In this document: positions 1 through 8,636 of the stretch, piece by piece
Layout: every line of letters starts with the position of its first letter
How positions within the stretch are numbered: the stretch's first letter is position 1
From: Nostoc punctiforme PCC 73102
Lineage (GTDB): Bacteria > Cyanobacteriota > Cyanobacteriia > Cyanobacteriales > Nostocaceae
Assembly: GCF_000020025.1 (NCBI RefSeq)
Contig: NC_010628.1
Location: 6,870,001-6,902,000 of the forward strand
Length of the DNA stretch: 32,000 nucleotides
Reading direction: 5' to 3'
Position numbers and translations under genes: made by a program
The notes under the pieces: model-generated
Database searches by the model: none
What the model was told of the DNA's origin: nothing
Seen by the model: only the letters and a program-made list of their open reading frames with translations

Positions 1-1
1 G

Positions 2-208
2 ATTCAAATGACTTGGCTGCATCGTTTACTTTGGGGACTTTTGTCCCTCAATGGCGCACTTAATGAACGGACAATGGCTCCATTATTGCAATGGCTAATT
101 AACTTAGGTAAACCTCAATTAGCTTTAGAAATTGCTCGGATTTTCCTCAATTGGTATAACGTGAAGGGTGTCTATGAAGCCTATGCCGAAATGCAACAAG
201 CATTGTGA
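2..208 (+). CDS. C-terminal fragment of an unidentified protein (ORF open to the left window edge)
   Basis: The reading frame is open from the window edge to TGA at 206-208. No recognisable motif. It converges on the recG 3' end. Confidence 0.3.
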   Translation: MQMTWLHRLLWGLLSLNGALNERTMAPLLQWLINLGKPQLALEIARIFLNWYNVKGVYEAYAEMQQAL

Positions 209-244
209 TTACATACCATGAGACTGGTATTTTATCCGGTCACA

Positions 245-2740
245 TTACGTCAAAATCGCTCCACCCATCAACCGCTCATATCGATATTTCAATTCTTCTT
301 TTATTAAATACCAGCGCTCTAGAGTAACATCCATCTCTATTATTTTTTCTGCTGCTTGCCGCGCTAAAAGTAAAACTTCTTCATCTTCAACCAAACTTGC
401 TAAGGTAAAATCTGGCACTCCCGATTGACGAGTTCCCAGTACTTGTCCTGGCCCACGAAAACGCATATCCATCTCGGAGATGAAAAAGCCATCCTGAGAT
501 TGCTCCAACACCTTCAATCGTTGTTGAGCATCAGGGCTTCTGGAACTGCTCATCAACAAACAATAAGACTGAGCCGCGTCACGACCGACACGCCCGCGCA
601 GTTGGTGCAGTTGCGATAAGCCAAATCGCTCTGCATTTTCAATGAGCATAACTGTAGCATTAGGTACGTCTACACCTACCTCAACAACAGTAGTCGAAAC
701 CAAAACCTGCGTTTGGTTATCACGGAATTTGGTAATAGATTCGTCCTTTTCGGCTGAACTCATGCGACCGTGTAGCAACCCAACTTGAAAGTCAGGAAAA
801 ACGCTTTCTTGTAACTTTTGATGCTCATCAACAGCCGATCGCAAATCTAATTTTTCTGATTCTTCCACTAATGGCAAAACCACATAAACTTGTCTACCTT
901 GGACAATTTCTCGGCGGATCAGGTCGTAAGCATGGTTGCGTTGCTGACCAGACAATACTGTTGTCTGAATCTTTTGCCGTCCTGGTGGTAACTCATCAAT
1001 CTGACTCACATCCAAATCGCCATGTATCGTCAACGCTAAGGTTCGGGGAATCGGGGTAGCTGTCATAGTTAACACATGGGGTTGCTCGCCTTTTTGCTGC
1101 AAACGCGCTCGTTGTTCTACCCCAAAGCGATGCTGTTCATCTATCACCACTAACCCCAATTGCTGGAAGTTTACAGAGTCTTGAATTAAGGCATGAGTTC
1201 CCACTAACAGAGGTAATTCACCAGTTCCTAACTGAGAATGTATTTGTCTTCGTTTCGCAGTTTTGGTGGAACCTGTCAGTAATTCCACTGGTAAATGCAA
1301 GAGATTAAACCAACTAACCAACTTACGATAATGTTGTTCTGCCAAAACTTCTGTGGGAGCCATTAACGCCGCTTGGTAGCCAGATTGAATTGCTGCAAGG
1401 ATAGCTAGCACGGCAACGACTGTTTTACCAGAACCGACATCACCTTGCACCAAACGATTCATTGGCACAGGTTTTTGTAAATCGTTGAGAATATCGTTAA
1501 GGACTCGTTGCTGCGCGCCAGTGAGTTTAAAAGGCAGTATTTCGTGGAATTTTTCTACAAGTTGGCCTCGCGGGACGAGGATGGCGCTAGTTTGAATTGC
1601 CCTTGCTTGCTGCTGACGTTGCAATAACCCAAGTTGCAGGTAGAAAAATTCATCAAAAACTAGGCGACGACGGGCAACTTGTAGGGCGGCGCTATCGCTA
1701 GGAAAATGGATATTAGCGATCGCATCTTTCAATTCCATCAAACCATATTTCTGCCGCAAACCACTTGGTAAAGGGTCTTTCAGGTTAGCGGCAGCAGGTA
1801 AAGCAGCAATTACCGCCTGTCGGACTGTATTTGCCACCACGCCTTCAGTCAATCCATAAATTGGCACTACTCGCCCAATATTCAGCGACTCAATCGAATC
1901 TCCTGGATTTGCCAAAACTTCTAGTTCTGGATTATCAAGCGTCAAGCCGTATTTACTTTCTTTCACCAACCCACACGCGGCTAAAATACTACCCACTGGA
2001 TAACGACGTTTTAAACTTTCTTGCCAAGCGCGACTACTAAAACGTGTACCTGCGTAAAAACGGCCAATTTTGATTTGACCGCTATTATCTTTTACAACCA
2101 GTTCTAAAATTGATAATTTCTGATTTTTCGGGCTACTAAAGCAGTTACAACGCTTTACTGTAGCCACTATTGTCACCGTCTCACCTGCCTGTAACTCGCG
2201 GATATTCACCTGACGCGCATAATCAATGTGGTCACGAGGATAATAGAAAAGCAAGTCGCGGACGGTGTGTAAACCAAGCCGTGCCAAATTATCAGCTTTT
2301 TTGAAACCTATTTCTGGTAAATCACTGAGTTTTTGGTCAATTTTCGGTGCAAGCCTCCGACTCACCTCAGTAACGATGGGAGATTTTGGTTTCTGGATTT
2401 TTAATTGATTAATTCTCCTCTGCTCCCCTGCTCCCCTGCTCCCCTGCTTCCCGTCTTCCCCCTGCTCATCTTGCTGTAGTTGGGAAAGATACCTACGAGT
2501 TTCTGCTACTAAATGTTGTCTTTCTTCCAGTGCTAAATGTGGATAACTAGCAAATTGCACTGCTAGTCCTTGCCAACGGCGGCGTTCAGTTTGGGGTAAG
2601 CCTGTTGGGAACTTGCCCAAAGTCAGGCTTAAAAATTCACTGAAGCGATATTCTCTACCCACCAAATCTGTAAAGCCCCGTTCGGCTTCTATTGCCAAGG
2701 CTTTGTGCAATCGTATCCAATCTGGTTTTTCATTAGTCAT
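245..2740 (-). CDS. recG: ATP-dependent DNA helicase RecG
   Basis: 831-aa ORF. ATG at 2740 has an in-frame TGA two codons upstream. SF2 helicase motifs are present: GDVGSGKT (Walker A), DEQHRFG (motif II) and TATPIPRT. The length and N-terminal extension fit cyanobacterial RecG. Confidence 0.95.
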   Translation of the reverse strand: MTNEKPDWIRLHKALAIEAERGFTDLVGREYRFSEFLSLTLGKFPTGLPQTERRRWQGLAVQFASYPHLALEERQHLVAETRRYLSQLQQDEQGEDGKQGSRGAGEQRRINQLKIQKPKSPIVTEVSRRLAPKIDQKLSDLPEIGFKKADNLARLGLHTVRDLLFYYPRDHIDYARQVNIRELQAGETVTIVATVKRCNCFSSPKNQKLSILELVVKDNSGQIKIGRFYAGTRFSSRAWQESLKRRYPVGSILAACGLVKESKYGLTLDNPELEVLANPGDSIESLNIGRVVPIYGLTEGVVANTVRQAVIAALPAAANLKDPLPSGLRQKYGLMELKDAIANIHFPSDSAALQVARRRLVFDEFFYLQLGLLQRQQQARAIQTSAILVPRGQLVEKFHEILPFKLTGAQQRVLNDILNDLQKPVPMNRLVQGDVGSGKTVVAVLAILAAIQSGYQAALMAPTEVLAEQHYRKLVSWFNLLHLPVELLTGSTKTAKRRQIHSQLGTGELPLLVGTHALIQDSVNFQQLGLVVIDEQHRFGVEQRARLQQKGEQPHVLTMTATPIPRTLALTIHGDLDVSQIDELPPGRQKIQTTVLSGQQRNHAYDLIRREIVQGRQVYVVLPLVEESEKLDLRSAVDEHQKLQESVFPDFQVGLLHGRMSSAEKDESITKFRDNQTQVLVSTTVVEVGVDVPNATVMLIENAERFGLSQLHQLRGRVGRDAAQSYCLLMSSSRSPDAQQRLKVLEQSQDGFFISEMDMRFRGPGQVLGTRQSGVPDFTLASLVEDEEVLLLARQAAEKIIEMDVTLERWYLIKEELKYRYERLMGGAILT
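2421..2460. repeat. Tandem octamer repeat inside the recG coding region (TGCTCCCC x3 plus two degenerate units)
   Basis: Direct reading gives tgctcccc tgctcccc tgctcccc tgcttccc gtcttccc. It encodes the low-complexity stretch GKQGSRGAGEQ of the RecG N-terminal extension. Confidence 0.85.
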
Positions 2741-2781
2741 TGGTCATTAGTCATTAGTCATTAGTCATTGGTCATTGGTGA
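2735..2781. repeat. STRR2-family tandem heptamer array (TCATTAG/TCATTGG, i.e. the TTGGTCA family)
   Basis: About 6-7 consecutive heptamers are read directly. The array includes the recG ATG and its first codons. Confidence 0.85.
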
Positions 2782-2864
2782 GCCAGTGCGGTCTTCTCCC
2801 AAAGGGAGAGGCTAGCGCCAAGGGAGTTTCCCCCATGAGCAACTGGTGAACCCGAAGGGTCATT
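2764..2864. repeat. 101-bp structured dispersed repeat, copy A
   Basis: Matches the reverse complement of 3922-4022 at 100 of 101 positions; the only mismatch is at 2825. Contains internal hairpins (tctccc-aaa-gggaga and ggg(a/g)g-ttt-ccccc). Confidence 0.9.
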
Positions 2865-2881
2865 TGACTCTGGACAAATGA

Positions 2882-3727
2882 CTAATCTTCAAACCAACTA
2901 GCACGCCATGCAGCTTCAGCTTCAGCGATCGCCTTTTCTCGATGTTTCTTTTGATACTCTCGTCCTAGCTTGTTTAGCTGAACTAAAATACTGCGGATTT
3001 GCCTGCGCTCAGATGAGAGTGTCACATCAGCAAATTCAATTTCTCCTAGCCGCAGGTTAATAGCCATAATTTGCGTCAGCCCAGAATCTTCTGACTGCTG
3101 CTCATTTTCAATTTCAATTACTAAGTTTAATAAGTTAGGTGGCCCTGGCATGACCTCAGCCGATGCTTCTGATGCAGCCGCAGCCGCTGCTGCTAAAATC
3201 GGTTCTGGTAATTTTTTAGGTAATACTCCAGATTTTTGTATTAAAACATTAGCATCATGCGATAGTTTTTTTAGTATATCTTGCGTTACTTCTTCTAAGT
3301 TCTGTTGCCATTTTACTAGTTCTATAGGATTAGAGGTGTCGGCGGTGAGAGACTGAGAATTCGAGGTGTACAGAAGTTCAGAAGATGTTACTTCCTTATT
3401 CTCCTCATCTTCATCTTCTTCATCTCCTTTATCTAACCCAACTTCCTGACTTTTAATAGAAGTGAGCAATTGTTCGGCTGCCACTTGCCCCAACTTGCGG
3501 ATGGCTTGTTGCAATTGCTGGCGCTGATTTAATGACAAATGCAGAAAGTTTTCGGGATACCCCTGTGTACAAAGGTGATAACTCGCCAGAATCAACTGTT
3601 TCCGTACAGCTAGCCCCAAGGTGTTTAGATAACTAGCATAAGCAGTTTGTAGTTCTACTGCGATCGCCCGAATCGCTTCTTTTAATGCTGCAATATCCCG
3701 TTCAATTCGCTCGATTGCTCTTGCCAT
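2882..3727 (-). CDS. Hypothetical protein, 281 aa (helical or coiled-coil ends, acidic low-complexity centre, poly-Ala run)
   Basis: ATG-initiated ORF in the same orientation as rpsB-tsf and recG. The N- and C-terminal thirds look like real helical protein sequence. The centre contains DKGDEEDEDEENKE and AAAAAAS. I recognise no family. Confidence 0.65.
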   Translation of the reverse strand: MARAIERIERDIAALKEAIRAIAVELQTAYASYLNTLGLAVRKQLILASYHLCTQGYPENFLHLSLNQRQQLQQAIRKLGQVAAEQLLTSIKSQEVGLDKGDEEDEDEENKEVTSSELLYTSNSQSLTADTSNPIELVKWQQNLEEVTQDILKKLSHDANVLIQKSGVLPKKLPEPILAAAAAAASEASAEVMPGPPNLLNLVIEIENEQQSEDSGLTQIMAINLRLGEIEFADVTLSSERRQIRSILVQLNKLGREYQKKHREKAIAEAEAAWRASWFED

Positions 3728-3921
3728 ATCTTTTCATTCTTGTCCATGTGAACTATTACATAGTACAAATGTACGAATTTATTTTATAATAGCTTCCCAA
3801 AGAAGTTTAGATTTTAAATTAAATGCGATATTTCGCGTCTCTACTAAAAAAACACAGGTCAGGCTATTTGCTTGACCTGTTTGGTAAAGAGTCATTTGTC
3901 ATTTGTCCTTTGTCATTTGTG

Positions 3922-4022
3922 AATGACCCTTCGGGTTCACCAGTTGCTCATGGGGGAAACCCCCTTGGCGCTAGCCTCTCCCTTTGGGAGAAGACCGCAC
4001 TGGCTCACCAATGACCAATGAC
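3922..4022. repeat. 101-bp structured dispersed repeat, copy B (inverted relative to copy A)
   Basis: Reverse complement is 100/101 identical to 2764-2864. Flanked by heptamer arrays (GTCATTT at 3886-3920, TGACCAA at 4005-4027). Confidence 0.9.
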
Positions 4023-4030
4023 CAATAATA

Positions 4031-4975
4031 TTACTTACCGCCCATTTGTGCAGCGACTTCATCAGCAAAGCTAATTTCTTGCTTCTCAATACCTTCGCCC
4101 AATATATAGCGGACAAAGCGAGTCACTTGAATCTCTTCGCCTAATTTCGTCTTCGCTTGCTTAAAGAGGTCTTCCACGGAAATACTCTGATCGCGGATGT
4201 AAGGCTGATCGATCAAAGTCAATTCTTTCAGGCGTTTTTCAATCCGTCCCTGAACAATCTTTTCTTTGATATTCTCTGGCTTGTTCGCCAAATCATCCTT
4301 GCCCATTTCAATGTCTTTTTCTTTTTGGGCAACTTCGGCGGGGATTTGGTCTACACTTACATACTCGACATTTGGACAAGCCGCAACTTGCATTGCAGTG
4401 TTCCGTGCCAAGCTTTGGAACTCTTGATTGGTAGCCACTGACTCACTTTGAGAACCTAGTTCTACTAATACACCAACTCGACCGCCAGTGTGAATGTAGC
4501 TGTCTACTACACCTTGCGTGCCTTCTGCTAGTGCAAAATTAACAAAGCGGCGCACTTGGATATTTTCACCGAGCGTAGCAATCGTTTGCTTGATGAATTC
4601 TTCTACAGTCCCGCCTGGACTATCAGCATACTGTTGAGCCAACAAAGACTCAACACTATCAGCTGCCGCTGCTTGCTTTGCCAGGTTCTTAACTAAAGCT
4701 TTAAAAGCTTCGTTACGAGCAACAAAGTCGGTTTGGCAGTTGACTTCAATGAGTACACCCACTTGGCCACCTGGCTGAATGTAAGTGTCTACTAGACCTT
4801 CTGCCGCAACGCGATCGCTTTTTGCCCCCGCTTTAGAGATGCCCTTTTTCCGTAGCCAGTCTGCGGCTTCTTCTACGTTACCTTCAGTCTCTATCAGCGC
4901 TTTTTTGCAGTCCATCATGCCGGCACCAGTTTTTTGGCGTAGCTCTTGGACGAGTTTTGCAGATATTTCCGCCAT
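4031..4975 (-). CDS. tsf: Translation elongation factor Ts
   Basis: 314 aa. The N-terminus [27 protein letters not shown] is the typical EF-Ts UBA-like start. It lies directly downstream of rpsB, the classic rpsB-tsf arrangement. Confidence 0.95.
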   Translation of the reverse strand: MAEISAKLVQELRQKTGAGMMDCKKALIETEGNVEEAADWLRKKGISKAGAKSDRVAAEGLVDTYIQPGGQVGVLIEVNCQTDFVARNEAFKALVKNLAKQAAAADSVESLLAQQYADSPGGTVEEFIKQTIATLGENIQVRRFVNFALAEGTQGVVDSYIHTGGRVGVLVELGSQSESVATNQEFQSLARNTAMQVAACPNVEYVSVDQIPAEVAQKEKDIEMGKDDLANKPENIKEKIVQGRIEKRLKELTLIDQPYIRDQSISVEDLFKQAKTKLGEEIQVTRFVRYILGEGIEKQEISFADEVAAQMGGK

Positions 4976-5186
4976 TTTGCCTCAATTCCTAACTTGACCT
5001 CGAGTTGTAATCACTCACCTAATTTAGTGCTGAGTGCTGAGTTTTGAGTGTTCAGTCATCAATTTTATTCTTCATTGACAAATCACAACTTAACAACTTC
5101 AAAAATCAAGACTCAACATTACTAAATTTGCTGAGTCTTTCTATCTTACTCAGCACGGGCTAAACCTTAGCTTTCCGCTAACAGCA

Positions 5187-5981
5187 CTATTCTTCTGTTT
5201 CTTCGTCGGGAATTACGGCATCAGTATATTCGGTTTCTTCGTAGTCATCGTCATACTCACTACCGTCGTAATCTTCGTAATCATCTTCAGCATCTAGCTG
5301 ACCGTGACGACCTTCATAAATGGCATCTGCCAATTTTCCGACTATCAGCTTAATTGATCTGATAGCATCGTCGTTTGCTGGGATGGGGATATCTACTACA
5401 TCTGGATCGCAGTTTGTATCCAACATGGACACAATGGGAATATTCAGCTTTTGGCATTCTTGAACTGCGTTATATTCCCGTCGTTGGTCTACGATTACCA
5501 CGATATCGGGCACTTTCCGCATTGTTTTAATGCCGCCTAAATATTTTTGAAGCTTCGTCATTTCCCGACGTAGCATTGAGGCTTCTTTTTTCGGTAATAA
5601 ATCTAGTGCGCCAGTTTCCTCACGGCGTTCTAAATCTTTCAGGCGGTCAACCCGTGTTTTGATGGTTGCCCAGTTGGTCAACATTCCGCCCAACCAGCGT
5701 TGGTTAATGTAGTGGGAACCACAACGGCTAGCTTCTTGGGCAATAATTCCAGCTGCTTGGCGCTTGGTGCCGACAAAAAGAAATTTCTTCCCTTGTTCTG
5801 CGTGCGATCGCATGTAATTGTAGGCATTATCCATCAACTGGGCAGTTTGCACCAAGTCGATAATATGCACGCCATTGCGGGAAGTATAAATGTAAGGAGA
5901 CATTTTTGGGTTCCAACGCCGGGTCTGATGCCCAAAGTGAACCCCTGACTCCATCATTTGAGCCAATGAAACTACTGGCAT
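5187..5981 (-). CDS. rpsB: 30S ribosomal protein S2
   Basis: I place the start at ATG 5981 ([27 protein letters not shown]), with GGAG 11 nt upstream. The tracked ORF extends to 6143 only because no stop intervenes. The acidic C-terminal tail is common in cyanobacterial S2. Confidence 0.93.
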   Translation of the reverse strand: MPVVSLAQMMESGVHFGHQTRRWNPKMSPYIYTSRNGVHIIDLVQTAQLMDNAYNYMRSHAEQGKKFLFVGTKRQAAGIIAQEASRCGSHYINQRWLGGMLTNWATIKTRVDRLKDLERREETGALDLLPKKEASMLRREMTKLQKYLGGIKTMRKVPDIVVIVDQRREYNAVQECQKLNIPIVSMLDTNCDPDVVDIPIPANDDAIRSIKLIVGKLADAIYEGRHGQLDAEDDYEDYDGSEYDDDYEETEYTDAVIPDEETEE

Positions 5982-5996
5982 ATATTTTTCAACTCC

Positions 5997-6051
5997 AATT
6001 CGGGTTAAACCTCCATCCAAGTGTATTTCCCAATCGGGAAACACCCGAATT
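5997..6051 (-). promoter_or_regulatory. Structured rpsB 5' leader (long-range 9-bp helix enclosing an inner hairpin, abutting the SD)
   Basis: On the plus strand, aattcgggt (5997-6005) is the exact reverse complement of acccgaatt (6043-6051). An inner hairpin forms between gtatttccc (6023-6031) and gggaaacac (6036-6044). The SD GGAG (5993-5996) directly follows the 3' arm on the mRNA. Confidence 0.4.
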
Positions 6052-6118
6052 CTTAGATGTGCGAGATTAGTTAACCATACTAGGTTAGCACATTCGCTAG
6101 AGTGTTTGCTAAGGGCGA

Positions 6119-6156
6119 TAAAATAGCGCTGCCCATTCAACAATAGGAAGCGCTAT
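6119..6156 (-). terminator. Putative intrinsic terminator of the small ORF 6214-6378
   Basis: An 8-bp stem pairs atagcgct (6123-6130) with agcgctat (6149-6156). On the minus strand a UUUU run follows it. Confidence 0.4.
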
Positions 6157-6213
6157 GCTTTTATTTAACTCAGAAATTACGAATTAGTTAAACTAGCCCA
6201 AAAAACCTATCTA

Positions 6214-6378
6214 CTAGCGTTCTTCCTCATCCTTGGACTTGGGTTTTTGTCGCCTTTGTTCTACCTGCTCGTCGATAGTTTCTCTCATTTTGCGATCGGC
6301 AGCGTCCATCGCAGAATACTTAAAACGGTTGATTATGCCACTGAAGAAGTTGCTAAAGAATCTTTCAATTTCCTGCAT
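6214..6378 (-). CDS. Small hypothetical protein, 54 aa (below the ORF-track cutoff)
   Basis: ATG at 6378, with GAGG 9 nt upstream. Translation is MQEIERFFSNFFSGIINRFKYSAMDAADRKMRETIDEQVEQRRQKPKSKDEEER, ending in TAG at 6214-6216. A hairpin plus T-run follows downstream. Confidence 0.35.
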   Translation of the reverse strand: MQEIERFFSNFFSGIINRFKYSAMDAADRKMRETIDEQVEQRRQKPKSKDEEER

Positions 6379-6964
6379 AATTTAATACCTCGGTATTTAA
6401 AGGTAAATTCTTGACTTTACATTGGTCTTGGAATTTCTATTGGAAGTTGTAAATAAAACGCTAACCTCTGAAAATCACTGTATAAAACAGTTTCCTCAAT
6501 CAAATTAGTACTGTTGAGATTTCTGAGATTGAAACGTGGTATACCCCATATATTGTATTCTGTCTAAGGTAATAAATATAGCAAAGACATAGGTAACAAA
6601 TTGTTTACTTGGGATTGGGCTGAGATATAAGCAAAACCTGGCAGATGATCTCGAAGGGCTTGATTTTCTGTTGTAAATTAATGGGTGAAAAATTCAGATA
6701 TAGCAAATTACCAAACCCAGACAGGGTAAAGTTTTTCAAACCGTCTTGCAGTAAATTAAACGTATCTTAGTTTCATGGCCAGTTGAAAAGAGATCGCTAA
6801 ATCTTCACGTCTTTATCATTAGATTTCCTGATGTCTAGCGATTCATGTCTCAAAGATGATGAAGTTCAAGGGTACTACCATGAAACTATTATTACTCAGT
6901 AAAAATGGATGCAACATCTACGGCGGATATAGCTACAGCAACTTCTGGACTTACACCCTGTATG

Positions 6965-7684
6965 TTACTGAATAGTATCAGGATCTACATTGAGCGATCG
7001 CAACCTCGCCTTTAACTGTTCTATCTGCAATTCTGCATGTTCTGCTCGTTGGCGTTCCTGTTCTACTAGTTCTTCTGCCTGCTGTCTTGCTAAAACTTCT
7101 TGTCGTAAAGCTTCTGCCAGTTCATTTGGAATCAGTAATTTTTCCCCTGTATCCTCTCGATAAAATCCAATTAGCCTTCCATCAACCACCAAGCGCAGTT
7201 GTAAGGGTTCACTGCGCCCATCTTGTATGGGTTCGTAAATTTCTCCCCGCAGGCGATAGCCACTTAGCTGTTGTTCCACCCACTCGCCTTTAGGGTCAAA
7301 TAGCCAGTATTCCTTGACACCTAACTGCTCATAGAGGGTCTTTTTAAAGATTTCGTCTTGTCCCTTAGTCCCAAAGGATGTCATTTCAAAAATAACTGTG
7401 GGTACTTGACCCTCTTCCCAGATTTTATAGTTGTCCCGACCACCGGGTGCAACATCAAAAATCACCATCACGTCTGGGGCTACCCGCAACTTAGGAAAGC
7501 CTTGTGCATAGTAAAGAAATTGATTTCCCAATACTGTTGCCTGACGATTTGCCAAATACTGCTTCAGGACTTCTAAGGTAGTTAGTAAGGCATAAAGGTG
7601 GTCGTAAGTTTCTGCCACTGGTTGACCATCAGCACTGGGGTAGAATATTTCTGATTCGACACTAACAGGTAAAGTAGCCGTCAT
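6965..7684 (-). CDS. Uma2 family (DUF820) putative endonuclease
   Basis: 239 aa. The N-terminal motif EIFYPSADGQPVAET and the fold-like core are followed by a C-terminal coiled-coil tail ending LRSLNVDPDTIQ. This is the stereotyped architecture of the many cyanobacterial Uma2 paralogs. Confidence 0.85.
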   Translation of the reverse strand: MTATLPVSVESEIFYPSADGQPVAETYDHLYALLTTLEVLKQYLANRQATVLGNQFLYYAQGFPKLRVAPDVMVIFDVAPGGRDNYKIWEEGQVPTVIFEMTSFGTKGQDEIFKKTLYEQLGVKEYWLFDPKGEWVEQQLSGYRLRGEIYEPIQDGRSEPLQLRLVVDGRLIGFYREDTGEKLLIPNELAEALRQEVLARQQAEELVEQERQRAEHAELQIEQLKARLRSLNVDPDTIQ

Positions 7685-7734
7685 GGTTGTAAAATCAGTG
7701 CTACGAGATTATTGTAGAACAACTCTAGTTCTCC

Positions 7735-8532
7735 CTAACTTGGGATGTGCAAGCTTTTCAAAATATAACTAGATAACTCACAAAATCCTTCACCTTCGGC
7801 GGCATTGGTAATATAAGCAGGGTGATATTTCAACTGATTCATATATTCCAAAACGTTTGCCACGCCTACAGAAACAGGAAAATAACGCCGCTCAAATAAA
7901 CTTTCGTCATTGGGACTATCGCCAACAGTGACAATTTGTTCTGGTGAGTACTGGGGCAAATATTCGCGCAATACCTGCAACAATCCCACAGCTTTATCTT
8001 GCCCTTGGGGTTTAATGTGACACTGCACGTTGCTATAGGTAAATCCCCAACCCATTTGTTGACAAAGACTATCTAGGGTTTGTAGTTCATCTTGATTCAA
8101 ATCAGCTACATCAAAAGTCCAGTCAGTGACGCGAAAGCGATTATCAGCAGATTCTTGGATTTGAGGAAATTTAGTTTGTAAATTTTCAAAAGTCGTAGCC
8201 AAGTGCTGGCGATGTTTGGCTAAATCGGAAACAGGTGTTAATACTACTGGTTTGTGATTCCCAGGTGGAAAGTACAAACCACCATTTTCTGCGATCGCAC
8301 CTGCCACTGGCATCAGGCTACTCAATCCACTCACCCACCCAGCAGAACGCCCTGTAACAATCAGCACCTTAATGTCAACTGCCGCTAAATCCTCTAAAGC
8401 TTGTAGCAGTGGGGTAGTAAATTTCCCTCGTCTAGTTAGAGTGCCATCCATGTCTGTGGCTATCAGACGAATATTGCTAAAGTTTGTAGATGAAACGTCA
8501 GACAGGGCAGGGATATTCTGGTGTCTGGACAT
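7735..8532 (-). CDS. HAD-IIB (Cof/SPP-like) family hydrolase
   Basis: 265 aa with HAD motifs DMDGTLT (motif I), VTGRS (motif II) and GDSPND (motif IV). Substrate is unknown. Confidence 0.8.
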   Translation of the reverse strand: MSRHQNIPALSDVSSTNFSNIRLIATDMDGTLTRRGKFTTPLLQALEDLAAVDIKVLIVTGRSAGWVSGLSSLMPVAGAIAENGGLYFPPGNHKPVVLTPVSDLAKHRQHLATTFENLQTKFPQIQESADNRFRVTDWTFDVADLNQDELQTLDSLCQQMGWGFTYSNVQCHIKPQGQDKAVGLLQVLREYLPQYSPEQIVTVGDSPNDESLFERRYFPVSVGVANVLEYMNQLKYHPAYITNAAEGEGFCELSSYILKSLHIPS

Positions 8533-8636
8533 ACGTGGTTTGTAAAAAGCTGTTAAAAATATTAATGATACAGCAAGATGGCATTGAAGATTTGGGCATC
8601 CTAAACATCAGGAGTCAAGTTTTTCAGTTTCCAACC

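Noticed and set aside
425-2040. Tracked plus-strand ORFs 425-619, 871-1059 and 1831-2040
   Set aside because: They lie entirely antisense within the well-supported recG CDS, their sequences are low-complexity, and they carry no motifs.
3150-3356. 68-aa plus-strand ORF with a poly-Ala run
   Set aside because: It is the antisense reading of the alanine- and acid-rich part of the 2882-3727 gene, so it is a mirror artefact.
3823-4014. 63-aa plus-strand ORF
   Set aside because: It reads straight through the heptamer array and the 101-bp dispersed repeat (copy B). Repeat-derived ORFs of this kind are artefacts.
4157-4997. Plus-strand ORFs 4157-4441 and 4785-4997
   Set aside because: They are antisense to tsf, whose identity is unambiguous.
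5700-5948. 82-aa plus-strand ORF
   Set aside because: It is antisense within rpsB.
5982-6143. N-terminal 54-aa extension of the rpsB ORF in the track
   Set aside because: The extension ([23 protein letters not shown]...) does not resemble S2. The conserved S2 N-terminus begins at ATG 5981, which has a proper SD. The extension overlaps the structured leader.
7087-7576. Plus-strand ORFs 7087-7293 and 7358-7576
   Set aside because: They are antisense within the Uma2-family gene.
8490-8636. Tracked 5' extension of the membrane-protein ORF
   Set aside because: It would overlap the divergent HAD gene start (8532) by 43 nt, and its N-terminal residues do not look protein-like. A downstream ATG is more plausible.
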